A stretch of 47,628 nucleotides of DNA from a virus. Numbering within the stretch: the first letter of the stretch is position 1; each line of letters opens with the position of its first letter. The notes beneath the pieces were generated by a model. It was given only the letters and a program-made list of their open reading frames with translations, was not told where the DNA came from and did no database searches. Positions 1 through 9,318 of this stretch are shown piece after piece. The position numbers and the translations under genes were made by a program. The DNA lies in IMG/VR virus record IMGVR_UViG_3300029258_001468; one strand, given 5' to 3'.

Positions 1-144
1 CGATGTCAAGTACCCGGAGTACAAGGCCACACGGCTCATCCCCGTCAGCGGTGATGCTGGTCCCGGAGCAAGGACCATCACCTACCGTCAGTTCGACTCT
101 GTCGGTGTTATGAAGATCATCGCCGACTACGCGACCGACCTTCC
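1..144. repeat. Terminal overlap: bases 1-144 are identical to 47485-47628 (circular closure or permutation of the contig)
   Basis: Direct string comparison of both window ends. The overlap lies inside the capsid ORF and keeps its reading frame. Confidence 0.95.
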
Positions 145-856
145 CCGTTCTGACGTAAAAGGGAAGGAGTTCACATCACCCGTCCGTTCTCTCGGAGGCA
201 GCTACGGCTACTCGATTCAGGAAATCCGGGAAGCTCAGATGGCAAACCGTCCTCTCGAACAGCGTAGAGCGAACGCGGTCCGGCGTGCAAACGAGCAAGC
301 CGTCAACCGCATCGCGTGGCTGGCAAAGACGGACGACGGAACAAACGGCGGACTGCAGGGACTGCTGTACAACCCGAACGTCACCAGTGGCGCTGCCACG
401 ACCGGCGATTGGGCGACAGCTACACCGGCAGAAATCCTCGCCGACATGAACAAAGCGGTCCGGGACATGCTCGTCCTCACAAAGGGCGTAGAGGTTCCCG
501 ACACCGTGCTGCTCCCGGTCGACCAGTTTGCGCAGATTCAGCAGACACGGCTTGACAGCGGAACAGACACGACCATCATGGAGTTTTTCCTCAAGAACAA
601 CCCCTCCATCACCTCGATAGAGTGGGTCAATGAGCTTGCAGGTCTGAACCCGAAACCGAGTGGTGCTGCTTCGGCCACCGACGTGATGGTGCTTTACAGG
701 CGCAGTCCCGACGTTCTCACCCTTGAGATACCGCAGGACTACGAGCAGTTCCCGGCACAGGAGAAAGGGCTGGCCTTCATGGTCCCGGCTCACTCCCGTA
801 TCGGTGGCGTCATTGTCTACTATCCGCTGGCAATCAGCATCGTAGAAGACATCTAA
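1..856 (+). CDS. Major capsid protein, 3' portion (HK97-fold, DUF2184-like). The gene starts at 47396 and wraps around.
   Basis: The frame is open from base 2 to TAA 854-856, in frame with GTG 47396 via the 144-bp overlap (314 aa in total). It follows the scaffold and decoration genes and is followed by a terminator hairpin. Confidence 0.85.
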   Translation, partial: DVKYPEYKATRLIPVSGDAGPGARTITYRQFDSVGVMKIIADYATDLPRSDVKGKEFTSPVRSLGGSYGYSIQEIREAQMANRPLEQRRANAVRRANEQAVNRIAWLAKTDDGTNGGLQGLLYNPNVTSGAATTGDWATATPAEILADMNKAVRDMLVLTKGVEVPDTVLLPVDQFAQIQQTRLDSGTDTTIMEFFLKNNPSITSIEWVNELAGLNPKPSGAASATDVMVLYRRSPDVLTLEIPQDYEQFPAQEKGLAFMVPAHSRIGGVIVYYPLAISIVEDI

Positions 857-883
857 GGCGTCAATTGACAAACGATAACCCGG

Positions 884-912
884 ACCCCGGTGTCAAAGCC
901 GGGGTTCTTTTT
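884..912 (+). terminator. Rho-independent terminator after the capsid gene
   Basis: 7-bp stem ACCCCGG/CCGGGGT, 8-nt loop, then TCTTTTT. It lies 28 nt after the capsid stop codon. Confidence 0.7.
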
Positions 913-935
913 CACTTTCCGACAGGAGAAGAAAG

Positions 936-1340
936 ATGCTCATCAAGAACGCTGCAGCACGAGTTTTCGTAGCACCGACAGCAGCACGGGTGTTTCTTGT
1001 TCCCGGTGTGACGACCGTCGACGACAAGGTCGCGAAGGAAATCGTCAACCACAAGTGGTTCAAGGAGAACCCGAACCTGTCCGTTGTTGACGGCACCGAA
1101 GCTCCGGCTTCCGCTAAGGACGACGACAAGGACACCGGCGGTGGCGACTTCACCGAGCTTTCCAAGCTCAACGTAAAACAGGCGAAGAAGGTCATCGCCG
1201 ACATTCAGTCCATCGAACAGCTCGAAAAGATACTCGAAGTTGACGACCGTAAAGGAGTACAGGAAGCGGTCGAGGCTCGTATCGATGAGATAAACGCTGC
1301 CCTCGAAGCGCAGAAAGACGAAGAGGGAGAAGGAGAATAA
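936..1340 (+). CDS. Hypothetical head-associated protein with an acidic coiled-coil C-terminus
   Basis: ATG preceded by GGAGAAGAAAG. Sits in the head/neck module. No family recognised. Confidence 0.7.
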   Translation: MLIKNAAARVFVAPTAARVFLVPGVTTVDDKVAKEIVNHKWFKENPNLSVVDGTEAPASAKDDDKDTGGGDFTELSKLNVKQAKKVIADIQSIEQLEKILEVDDRKGVQEAVEARIDEINAALEAQKDEEGEGE

Positions 1341-1342
1341 AC

Positions 1343-1717
1343 ATGCCTGTGACCACTGCGAAAGAGATAGTCCTCGTCCGAGACCCCGACATTCCGGACG
1401 ACCAGCAATTGACAGACAGGATAGCACTTGCCACGGCTCGCACCGGTGACGAGTGGGGCGACCAAAAGAACGAGGCTATCGCACTGCAGGTGTTGCACAT
1501 GTATGCTCTTGATAGCCGGGGTTCCGCTGCCTCAGGTGGCGGAATCGCCGGTCCATTGACAGGAGAGAAGGAAGGGCGCGTGTCCCGGCAGTACGGTGGC
1601 TCGCTCCTCAACTCACTGAGTGCGAAGGACATACCGTGGGCGCAGACGTCTTACGGGCTGGAGTACCTAGCCCTACGACGGATGTGCATCATGGGCGTAA
1701 GAACAAGGAACCTTTAA
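1343..1717 (+). CDS. Head-tail connector/adaptor candidate
   Basis: Starts 3 nt after the previous stop and is TAATG-coupled to the next gene. Call rests on its position between head and neck genes and its size of about 120 aa. Confidence 0.5.
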   Translation: MPVTTAKEIVLVRDPDIPDDQQLTDRIALATARTGDEWGDQKNEAIALQVLHMYALDSRGSAASGGGIAGPLTGEKEGRVSRQYGGSLLNSLSAKDIPWAQTSYGLEYLALRRMCIMGVRTRNL

Positions 1718-2190
1718 TGGCTGCTGTGATTGACAGGGACAAAGGCTGGAACCGCATCAAGCGCGACCTCAAGCGACTTGACAAGAGCTACTCCAAGGTC
1801 GGTCTTCCTAAGGAGGCCCAACCTAAGAGCGGACACCTGTCGTCTATGAGCGACCTTGTAATCGTCGGCGCGGTGCACGAGTTCGGTGCTCCAAGAGTTG
1901 GAGTTCCACAGCGCTCGTGGCTCCGGACCGGTGCAGACGAGGCGAAACCGGCACTCAACAAGCTGATACAGAAGCAATACGACGCCGTCCTCCGAGGACA
2001 GACCAGCGTACACCTAGCACTACGGACGCTAGGCGTCTTTATGACCGGGCGCATCAAGCGGAAGATACGGAACCTCAAGTTCCCTCCGAACGCGCCGTCC
2101 ACGATACGAAAGAAAGGAAGCGCGAATCCGCTAATTGACACCGGTCAAATGGTCCAGTCCATAACGAACGTCGAGGTCATTAAAGGATGA
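1717..2190 (+). CDS. Neck/head-tail joining protein (HK97 gp10-like)
   Basis: ATG overlaps the upstream TAA. Contains a VGAVHEFG motif resembling the gp10-family HEFG signature. The longer upstream ORF start at 1636 was rejected. Confidence 0.55.
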   Translation: MAAVIDRDKGWNRIKRDLKRLDKSYSKVGLPKEAQPKSGHLSSMSDLVIVGAVHEFGAPRVGVPQRSWLRTGADEAKPALNKLIQKQYDAVLRGQTSVHLALRTLGVFMTGRIKRKIRNLKFPPNAPSTIRKKGSANPLIDTGQMVQSITNVEVIKG

Positions 2191-2531
2191 GCCTGAGAAA
2201 CCGAACACTGACGATATCCCGGCTAGGCTCCGGAGGATACGACGCTAGCGGAAAATACGTACCGGACGCTTCGCCGTCCGAGTTCGACATCAAGTGCAGC
2301 GTGCAACCGCTCGCCGGGGAAGAGGTTAATCTCCTCCCGGAAGGAAGACGGGAGAACGCTGCTTACCGCGTGTACACCGACACTCTCTTGAGAACGGCCA
2401 AGAGGGGGAGCAGTGGACACAACGCGGACCAAACGACAATTGACGGGGAAGAATTCGAGTGTCTCCGAGTCGAGGTGTGGCAGAACTCGATCATCCCCCA
2501 CTACGAAGCCGTATTTGCACTTAAGGTATGA
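2187..2531 (+). CDS. Head-closure/neck protein candidate
   Basis: ATGA overlaps on both sides, 114 aa, sits in the neck gene block. Confidence 0.5.
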   Translation: MSLRNRTLTISRLGSGGYDASGKYVPDASPSEFDIKCSVQPLAGEEVNLLPEGRRENAAYRVYTDTLLRTAKRGSSGHNADQTTIDGEEFECLRVEVWQNSIIPHYEAVFALKV

Positions 2532-3058
2532 GTATAAACATCGACAGCATATACACCGCTCTCAAGTCGTGGTGTGACACGGCGACAGGGCTGACGACCA
2601 TCCGGGCTGAACAGAACGGAGAAGCGCCGAACGAGCCGTACTTTACAATGCGGATTGCGACGAAGACGCGCATCGGGGAGGACTACTTCGGCAGCAGCTC
2701 GAACATGGGCGTCATTCAGATAGTCGGAAATCGCGACTTGACAGTTGAAATGCAGGGCTACGGAAACGGCGTGACCGAGAAGATGGAAGACCTCGTGCAG
2801 TCGCTCCGCAAGCCGTCTGTTCAGTTGACGTTTCGACAAGCCGGTATCGCCATCGTCGATTCCGAACCGGCCTTAAACATAACAGGTCTTGACGGCACCG
2901 AGTTTGAAGAACGGGTGTCGTGCGACTTCATTTTTCGGGTTGCGTCCGTGACTACCGACGAGGTCAGCTACATCGACACGTCCGTTGTCGAGGGTACCTC
3001 CCTCGGACCGGACCTCAACACGATTTCAATAGATACGGTAACAATCACCTCAACCTAA
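2528..3058 (+). CDS. Tail terminator/neck protein candidate
   Basis: ATGA coupling, 176 aa, lies immediately upstream of the sheath gene. Confidence 0.45.
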   Translation: MSINIDSIYTALKSWCDTATGLTTIRAEQNGEAPNEPYFTMRIATKTRIGEDYFGSSSNMGVIQIVGNRDLTVEMQGYGNGVTEKMEDLVQSLRKPSVQLTFRQAGIAIVDSEPALNITGLDGTEFEERVSCDFIFRVASVTTDEVSYIDTSVVEGTSLGPDLNTISIDTVTITST

Positions 3059-3068
3059 GGAGTACCAC

Positions 3069-4139
3069 ATGTCTCTTGAAGACATCGTCAATGTTCAAAT
3101 CAGTCGGAACACGGTCTCCGTGTCGAGGGCTGGCTTTGGTACTGCGCTCATCGTAGGGCCGAACGCTCCGTACTCGACCGCACGGACTGCCGTGTACACC
3201 AGTATCGCTGCGATGGTTAGCGCCGGATACGCTACCACCGACGAGGAGTACATAGCAGCCTCGAAGCTCTTCGCTCAGAATCCGAGTCCCACACGGGTCA
3301 AGACCGGGCGAATTGACGTCGGAGACGCAGACCTCACAGCGACACTCAACGCCATCGTTAACGAAGATAACGACTGGTACGCTCTTATCGTGACGGACCA
3401 CACGAAGGCCAACCAGCTTCTTGCTGCAGCGTGGACCGAAACGCAGAGGAAGATTTACTGCCTGTCAAGTGACGAAGCTGCAATCGTCGACACGACAGAC
3501 GGAGCAGACTCGACCTCTATCGCTGCGCAGCTTAAAGCGTCGTCGTACCTGCGTTCTTGCCTCCTCTACTCGGCAGTTGCCGATACGCAGTTCCCGGAGG
3601 CAGCAGCGCTCGGTCGTATTCTTCCTCTCGACCCCGGCTCCTACACGCTCAAGTTCAAGACGCTGGCAGGTATCACCGTCGACAGCTTGACAGCTACACA
3701 AAAGACCAACGCTCTCGCGAAGTACTGCAACACGTACACCACCATCGGTGGGGTCAACATCGTGGAAGAAGGAAAGGTTTCCGGGAACGAGTGGCTCGAC
3801 ACTATCGTCTTCATTGACTGGTGTCAAGCACGTATCACCGAGGGTGTTTACGGCGTCTATGTCAACAACGACAAGCTGCCCTACACCGACGCTGGTATCG
3901 CTGCCCACGAAGCCGAAATCGCTAAGGTCGGCGATCAGGGCATTGCACAGGGAGGAGTATCACCCTACGCAGAGGACAGCGACGGAAACCAGATAGGCGG
4001 ATACTTCATCGTGCTGCCTAAGCTGGAAGACATATCAGCAGCAGACAAGAACAACCGGATTTTGAACGGCGTCAAGTTCACCTTCTACCTTGCAGGTGCC
4101 ATTCACGCGTCGGTCATCAACGGAATCGTGACGGTATAA
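3069..4139 (+). CDS. Contractile tail sheath protein (DUF3383-like)
   Basis: AAGGAG RBS, 356 aa. N-terminus (VQISRNT.SVSRAGFG..LI) and the sheath-tube-chaperone-tape measure gene order are typical. Confidence 0.7.
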   Translation: MSLEDIVNVQISRNTVSVSRAGFGTALIVGPNAPYSTARTAVYTSIAAMVSAGYATTDEEYIAASKLFAQNPSPTRVKTGRIDVGDADLTATLNAIVNEDNDWYALIVTDHTKANQLLAAAWTETQRKIYCLSSDEAAIVDTTDGADSTSIAAQLKASSYLRSCLLYSAVADTQFPEAAALGRILPLDPGSYTLKFKTLAGITVDSLTATQKTNALAKYCNTYTTIGGVNIVEEGKVSGNEWLDTIVFIDWCQARITEGVYGVYVNNDKLPYTDAGIAAHEAEIAKVGDQGIAQGGVSPYAEDSDGNQIGGYFIVLPKLEDISAADKNNRILNGVKFTFYLAGAIHASVINGIVTV

Positions 4140-4197
4140 CCCGATTGACAAGTGCAAATCGGATAGCCAATTGACAAACACAAATAAGGAGTGAGAC

Positions 4198-4629
4198 ATG
4201 CCAGTAAGAACCTATGACCCCAAAGCGATAGCGCTGACGGTCGGTGGTGTGCCTATCACCGGGTTTGCCGACGGCACCTTCGTTCTCGTTGAACGCGCTA
4301 ACGACTCTTTTACGAAAGTAGTCGGTGCAGACGGCGAGACCAGCAGGGCCAAGTCGCAGGACCGGAGCGGTCGTATCACCATCACGCTCGCACAGACGAG
4401 TAACTCGAACGACTACTTGTCCTCTGTCATGAAGAGGGACGAGGAGTTCAACGCCGGTGTCGTGCCGATTCAGGCGAAGGACGTGACCGGAGCATCGACG
4501 GTGTTCTCCGGGAGCGGATGGGTCGTGAAACCGCCCAACGTCGAATACGGCAAGGAAATCAACAACCGGGAGTGGATGTTCGACTGCGCCGACCTCACGA
4601 TGTTCGTCGGAGGGAACGTACCGCTATAA
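4198..4629 (+). CDS. Tail tube protein (DUF3277-like)
   Basis: AAGGAG RBS, 143 aa, directly after the sheath gene, followed by a strong hairpin. Confidence 0.7.
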   Translation: MPVRTYDPKAIALTVGGVPITGFADGTFVLVERANDSFTKVVGADGETSRAKSQDRSGRITITLAQTSNSNDYLSSVMKRDEEFNAGVVPIQAKDVTGASTVFSGSGWVVKPPNVEYGKEINNREWMFDCADLTMFVGGNVPL

Positions 4630-4637
4630 GCCACGAC

Positions 4638-4742
4638 GAGGTATCTTCCGTCCGTCCGGGGAGGGGGGAGGGCCTAAGGGCTTACTCTCGGCCTCAGAGT
4701 GGACGGACGATACCTCCCCGGCGCTTCCTAAGCGCTTAAATT
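4638..4742 (+). repeat. GC-rich structured repeat, copy A (long hairpin plus TAAGCGCTTAAA box); probable terminator after the tube gene
   Basis: Arms GAGGTATCTTCCGTCCGTCC (4638-4657) and GGACGGACGATACCTC (4701-4716). The 3' part GATACCTC...GCGCTTCCTAAGCGCTTAAATT is shared with 31487-31520. Confidence 0.7.
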
Positions 4743-4762
4743 AACCACAGCAGGAGGAGAAC

Positions 4763-5245
4763 ATGCAGGACCTAAAAGACAAGATACGGGAGAAGGAGAT
4801 CGACGGCGACGTGTACACCGTCACGCCCTTCCTCGGAGTGGAGGGCTTCAAAATCAAGACGAAGCTCCTCGCGACGCTCGCGCCATCGGTGGGCAGCGCT
4901 CTCGGAAGCGTACCACCCGGCGCTAAGAGTGTACAGGACGTCGATATCAGCAACGTCCTTGGTATTGACACGATGGACCGTCTAGCGAAGGTACTTGACG
5001 AGCGAGAATTGACAGAGTTCATACTCCGTCTTCTCAAGAGCACGCAGTGCAACCGGCAGGAGATAAACAAGGAGTTCTTCGACCGGCACTTCGCAGCAGC
5101 GTATCACACGATGTGGAAGGTCGTCATGTTCGTACTGGAGGTGAACTACGGCTCTTTTTTCGGGGAAGACGGTATTGGAACGCTCCTAGTGGCAGCGGTG
5201 ACTCCGGGTTCCAGTCCGTCTACGACGAGTGCAGAGGGTACTTAA
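4763..5245 (+). CDS. Tail assembly chaperone (gpG-like, zero-frame product)
   Basis: GGAGGAG RBS. Lies between tube and tape measure genes. Overlapped by a -1 frame ORF that ends at the tape measure start. Confidence 0.75.
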   Translation: MQDLKDKIREKEIDGDVYTVTPFLGVEGFKIKTKLLATLAPSVGSALGSVPPGAKSVQDVDISNVLGIDTMDRLAKVLDERELTEFILRLLKSTQCNRQEINKEFFDRHFAAAYHTMWKVVMFVLEVNYGSFFGEDGIGTLLVAAVTPGSSPSTTSAEGT

Positions 5246-5430
5246 GCGAAGAGCTACACGACGAAATCGAGTGCTGGATGCTGGTCCTCAACGGAGTGTG
5301 TAGCTGGCAAGAGCTGAACTCGTTTTGGAGCTTTGAGGATATACGCAAATGCGCTGCGATGCTGGAGTACAAGGGCTTGACAGATAAGAAGGTGGAGAAG
5401 CTGATACGGGATAAACAAGGGAGAAATTGA
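4763..5430 (+). CDS. Tail assembly chaperone, -1 frameshift fusion product (gpGT-like)
   Basis: Slippery T-TTT-TTC at 5155-5161 in the zero frame. The -1 frame stays open to TGA 5428-5430. Confidence 0.6.
5155..5161 (+). other. Programmed -1 ribosomal frameshift slippery heptamer (T TTT TTC)
   Basis: X XXY YYZ pattern in the correct phase of the 4763 ORF, at the canonical G/GT position. Confidence 0.6.
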
Positions 5431-5432
5431 CA

Positions 5433-7046
5433 GTGGTCATAAGAGAGCTGATAACAAGAGTCGGATTCCAAGTCGAAAACAGCAAGCTGGCTGCGTTTGA
5501 CCGGGACATTGGAACTCTCCGTGGCAAGCTAGGTGCAATGACCGGGAACATCGACGCCGTGGCGAACAAGCTCATCGGTATCGGCGGTATGTTGACCGCT
5601 GCTGTTTCCCTTCCTATTGGCTTGATAGGTGTCTCCTCCCTCAAGGCAGCGTCGCAGGTCGAACAGCTCGATATCGCGTTGTCTACGATGCTTGGCTCGC
5701 AGGAAAGAGCGAACAAGCTGATTTCCGACATGATGGCCTTCACTGAACGGACCCCGTTCAAACTCGAAGGTCTACAGCAGACGGTGAAGCAGCTCATCGG
5801 TATGGGCTTTGAAGTAGACACCGTACTTGACACAGTAGAAAACCTCGGCAACGTTTCATCCGGTACCGGTGCCGACCTCCAGCGCATGGCGCTCAACCTC
5901 GCACAAGTCAAGCTACAAGGAAAACTTACCGGACGCGACCTCAAGGACTTTGCAGCGCAGGGTGTTCCTATCCTTGCACAGCTAGCAAAACAGCTCGGCG
6001 TCACGGAAAAGGAAATCTCAAAGATGGTGGAGGGTAGGAAGATCACCTTTGACGACGTGATGGAAGCTTTCAGGGCGATGAGCGGTGAGGGAGGTCGATT
6101 CCAAGGTCTGATGGAGAAGCAGTCGAAGACGCTCGGCGGTCTGTGGTCCATCTTCCTCGACAAGCTGTTCCGCGTTCGTATCGAACTTGGAAAGATGCTG
6201 GTCGAGCAGCTGCGACTTGACAAGGTTCTACGTAAGGTGTTTAAGGTGCTGGACGTCATCATCAAGGTGTTGACCAAGATGCCGAAGCCTCTCAAGCTCA
6301 TATTGGTCGTCATGGTCGGTCTTGCTGCAGTGCTAGGTCCGGTGCTCATCGGTGTCGGCCTCTTGATTAAAGGCTTCCTCCTTTTAAAAGCGGTCTCAAT
6401 CATCACCGGGATAGCGATGGGCACGATAACGGCTCAGCTCCTCATTTGGCCAGCAGCGATACTGGCGGTCATGGCTGCGTTGTTCCTCTTGATAGACGAC
6501 TTTAAGACGTGGCAGAAGGGAGGACGCTCCGTCCTCGGCATGTTCCTTGACGGATGGAAAGACCTCGTCGAGGGCATCAAGGAGATATGGCGCGGTCTTA
6601 AGGGCTTTTTCAAGGCTATCATCGCGAAAGACTTCGAAGAAATCAAGCGGATGTTCGACCTCTTCAAAAAGACGAACGCCGTCTTCCTGCACGATGTGTT
6701 TGGCATCGGTGCCGACCCGACTGCAATGCCAGCGAAACCGAGAGTGAAGCTGAACCAACTGGAGCAGGACGTTTTCAACTTTGTCAAGAACTTGACACCT
6801 GCAAATAGGAATGCCTTCTTAAGCTCTCTGCAGGGAGCGGACTCGGCGCAGGTAGCAGCTCTCCTCGCTACGGCAAGAGCGGACCAGCAGATAGCCGGGG
6901 TACGCAGGAACGTGATACAGATGCAGAACGAGTTCGTGGTGCAGGTACCGGAAGACACGACGCAGAACCAAGCAAAGAAACTAACAACGGAAGCTGCTGC
7001 CCTCATGGGAGAGGAAGCAGAGAACGTGATAGCGAACAACCAGTAG
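5433..7046 (+). CDS. Tape measure protein
   Basis: About 537 aa, follows the chaperone pair, helical with a hydrophobic central segment. GTG 5433 lies 9 nt after GGGAG; the alternative is TTG 5427. Confidence 0.85.
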   Translation: MVIRELITRVGFQVENSKLAAFDRDIGTLRGKLGAMTGNIDAVANKLIGIGGMLTAAVSLPIGLIGVSSLKAASQVEQLDIALSTMLGSQERANKLISDMMAFTERTPFKLEGLQQTVKQLIGMGFEVDTVLDTVENLGNVSSGTGADLQRMALNLAQVKLQGKLTGRDLKDFAAQGVPILAQLAKQLGVTEKEISKMVEGRKITFDDVMEAFRAMSGEGGRFQGLMEKQSKTLGGLWSIFLDKLFRVRIELGKMLVEQLRLDKVLRKVFKVLDVIIKVLTKMPKPLKLILVVMVGLAAVLGPVLIGVGLLIKGFLLLKAVSIITGIAMGTITAQLLIWPAAILAVMAALFLLIDDFKTWQKGGRSVLGMFLDGWKDLVEGIKEIWRGLKGFFKAIIAKDFEEIKRMFDLFKKTNAVFLHDVFGIGADPTAMPAKPRVKLNQLEQDVFNFVKNLTPANRNAFLSSLQGADSAQVAALLATARADQQIAGVRRNVIQMQNEFVVQVPEDTTQNQAKKLTTEAAALMGEEAENVIANNQ

Positions 7047-7055
7047 GAATTGACA

Positions 7056-7631
7056 ATGGTCACACTGATATCAAAGAACTCGGACGGCGTGGATGTCGGC
7101 TTTTTGGAGCTGGACGCGACACCAAGCGAAACGCACGTTTACGAAAGCCGACCGACGAACTACCCGGTTGAAACTGGAGTGCTCATTACCGACCATATAC
7201 GGCGCGAACCGGAGCAGCTGAGGCTCGACGGGTTCATCACGAACTCACCGACCGACTTGGCTACCCCGGCAGTCCCGTTTACCAGCGACCTCGCACAGCT
7301 AGCGTTTGACTTCTTGGAGGAGGTTTACAAGGAACGACACCTCGTCGACGTGGTGACACGATTCAAGACGTATTTCGACATGGCGATGTCTCGCCTGTCA
7401 ATTCCGCGTACGAACAGAACCGGTGACGCTCTCGCCTTCTCTTGTTCGTTCGTGCGGATAGTCAAGGTTTCGACCGAGCTGGTCACGGCTCCCAACCTGT
7501 CAACCGCCACGAGCGGACCGGCAGGAGGAACGAATAAACAGGCAACGACAGACGTTAAAAAAGGAAAACAACCGGTGCCCGATTCGGCGCTTTACGACCT
7601 CGGACAGGTCGCCGGTTTTATACCACAGTGA
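7056..7631 (+). CDS. Tail/baseplate-associated protein (function unknown)
   Basis: ATG 7056 after AGGAA (alternative TTG 7050). Lies directly after the tape measure gene. Confidence 0.6.
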   Translation: MVTLISKNSDGVDVGFLELDATPSETHVYESRPTNYPVETGVLITDHIRREPEQLRLDGFITNSPTDLATPAVPFTSDLAQLAFDFLEEVYKERHLVDVVTRFKTYFDMAMSRLSIPRTNRTGDALAFSCSFVRIVKVSTELVTAPNLSTATSGPAGGTNKQATTDVKKGKQPVPDSALYDLGQVAGFIPQ

Positions 7632-7637
7632 GGACTT

Positions 7638-7973
7638 ATGCTGACGATACCGTGGTCTGACTTCCCGTCTTTTTCGCAAGAGTGCACGCTCGACGGCGTG
7701 GTCTACCGGTTCCGCTTCAAGTGGAACTACCGTGGTCAATATTGGACGATGGACCTGCACGACCGGGACCAAAACCCGATACTCTTAGGTGTCAAGCTGG
7801 TCGTGCGATTCGACCTTGTCAAGCACTACCCCGGACGAGCGGTACCACCGGGCGTGTTCGTTGTGACGGACCCGAAGGGAGAAATTGACAGAGTAGAAGA
7901 AGGTGACATGGGAGTCAATACGCAGTTAACGTACTTTACAGAGGCGGAAGCCGAAGCGCAGGGCCTACGATGA
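7638..7973 (+). CDS. Hypothetical tail/baseplate protein
   Basis: GAGGA RBS, ATGA-coupled to the next gene. Confidence 0.6.
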   Translation: MLTIPWSDFPSFSQECTLDGVVYRFRFKWNYRGQYWTMDLHDRDQNPILLGVKLVVRFDLVKHYPGRAVPPGVFVVTDPKGEIDRVEEGDMGVNTQLTYFTEAEAEAQGLR

Positions 7974-8821
7974 GCCAGTTTGACCGAATAGCGTCCCTCA
8001 TCATTGGTGAGGAAGGAAGCTCCGAAGCGATTCAGGTACAGGACCTCCGTATCGGCTTTTCAGTTACGAAGACGAACGACAAGACGACGAACAAAGGACA
8101 GGTGACGGTGTACAACCTGAACTTGGACACGCAGAACAAGCTTGACAGGATAGAAGGCTTTGTCACTTTACAGGCGGGATATGTGCAGGGCGACGGTCTA
8201 CAGAACGTGTTCACCGGCGACATCACCGTGGTGTCTACCCGGTACGAACCACCGGACGTCATCACGACGATTCAGTGCAACGACGGCTTCCGCAAGCTGC
8301 GCGATTCGAGAGGTGCTTTTTCCTACGCTGCCGGTACGAAGGTACAAGACGTGCTAAGCGACCTGCTCTCTCGCTTCAACATAGCCCGGAAGTCGAACAG
8401 CATCGACGTACCGGACTTCGAATACGTTAACGGAGTTTCGTTCGGCGGACCGGTCAAGACGCTCCTCGACAAGCTTATGGGCACGGTCGGGTACGTTTGG
8501 TCGTTTCAAGACGGAGAGTTGAAGTTTTACCCGAAGAACGAAGAGGACCAAACCGAGGCATTCCGCTTGACAAGTGAGACTGGACTGATAAAGGCACCGG
8601 AGAAGGTAAGCGACGTGTCCGGTCAATCGAAAGACGCAGGAGCGAAGCCGGGGTGGAACGTGATGTCGGTGCTCTTGCCGAGCATAGAACCGGGAAATCC
8701 GGTGCGGATATCGAGCATTGCACTACCGACCCCGACCAACTTCGTGGTAGAAAGAGTCGAACACCGGGGTGACACGTGGGGAGCGGAATACGTGACCTCG
8801 CTACTAGTGAAGGAACTATGA
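7970..8821 (+). CDS. Baseplate hub protein candidate (P2 gpD / XkdQ-like)
   Basis: 283 aa. Call rests on its position between the tape measure and spike genes and an N-terminal pattern reminiscent of gpD-type hubs. Confidence 0.5.
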   Translation: MSQFDRIASLIIGEEGSSEAIQVQDLRIGFSVTKTNDKTTNKGQVTVYNLNLDTQNKLDRIEGFVTLQAGYVQGDGLQNVFTGDITVVSTRYEPPDVITTIQCNDGFRKLRDSRGAFSYAAGTKVQDVLSDLLSRFNIARKSNSIDVPDFEYVNGVSFGGPVKTLLDKLMGTVGYVWSFQDGELKFYPKNEEDQTEAFRLTSETGLIKAPEKVSDVSGQSKDAGAKPGWNVMSVLLPSIEPGNPVRISSIALPTPTNFVVERVEHRGDTWGAEYVTSLLVKEL

Positions 8822-9318
8822 ACAAACCGACCTTGACACAGGCGATAAACGCAGCAATCGAGTACGCTTTGAAGCAGATACACGTCTGTCTTCCGGGCCG
8901 GATAGAGGAATACGACTTTACAGAGCAGAAGGCGAGCGTGACTCCTCTTCTGTCAATCGCGTATGACGACGGCACCACGGTTGATATGCCAATCGTGCAG
9001 AACGTCCCGGTCGTTTTCCCGGCTGGAGGAGGAGCGTCAATCACGTTTCCCCTCCGTCAAGGCGACGGCGTGCTGCTCGTCTTCTCGGAACGGTCGATTG
9101 ACCAGTGGCTATCTCTTGGTGGCGTGGTCGTCCCGGACGACCCTCGCACGTTCGACCTGTCGGACGCAATAGCGATACCGGGACTGAACCCGTTCAGAGG
9201 GAACGGGCTAGCGCAGGACAACGACAGCGTGTACATCACGTACAACGACGCTACGATAAAGATCGGTGACGACGGAACCGTGGATATAAACGACGGCAAC
9301 TTGACGGTGGAGACATGA
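8818..9318 (+). CDS. Baseplate spike protein (gpV / Mu gp45-like)
   Basis: ATGA overlap. The sequence CLPGRIEEYD...VPVVFP...GDGVLLVF.ERSID.W resembles the spike OB-fold N-domain. The upstream ORF start at 8776 was rejected. Confidence 0.65.
   Translation: MNKPTLTQAINAAIEYALKQIHVCLPGRIEEYDFTEQKASVTPLLSIAYDDGTTVDMPIVQNVPVVFPAGGGASITFPLRQGDGVLLVFSERSIDQWLSLGGVVVPDDPRTFDLSDAIAIPGLNPFRGNGLAQDNDSVYITYNDATIKIGDDGTVDINDGNLTVET

Noticed and set aside
1-144. The 144-bp end duplication as a true direct terminal repeat
   Set aside because: It lies in the middle of the major capsid ORF and restores its frame, so a circular assembly or permutation overlap is the simpler explanation.
176-871. 231-aa - strand ORF (and nested ORFs 235..504 and 316..555) overlapping the capsid gene
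   Set aside because: It is antisense or out of frame to a well-supported structural gene, has no RBS, and its composition is Arg/Cys/Val-rich shadow-frame sequence typical of GC-rich DNA.
5288-6424. 378-aa - strand ORF opposite the tape measure gene
   Set aside because: It is a shadow ORF of the tape measure gene, low-complexity Ser/Pro/Arg-rich, and breaks the unidirectional operon.
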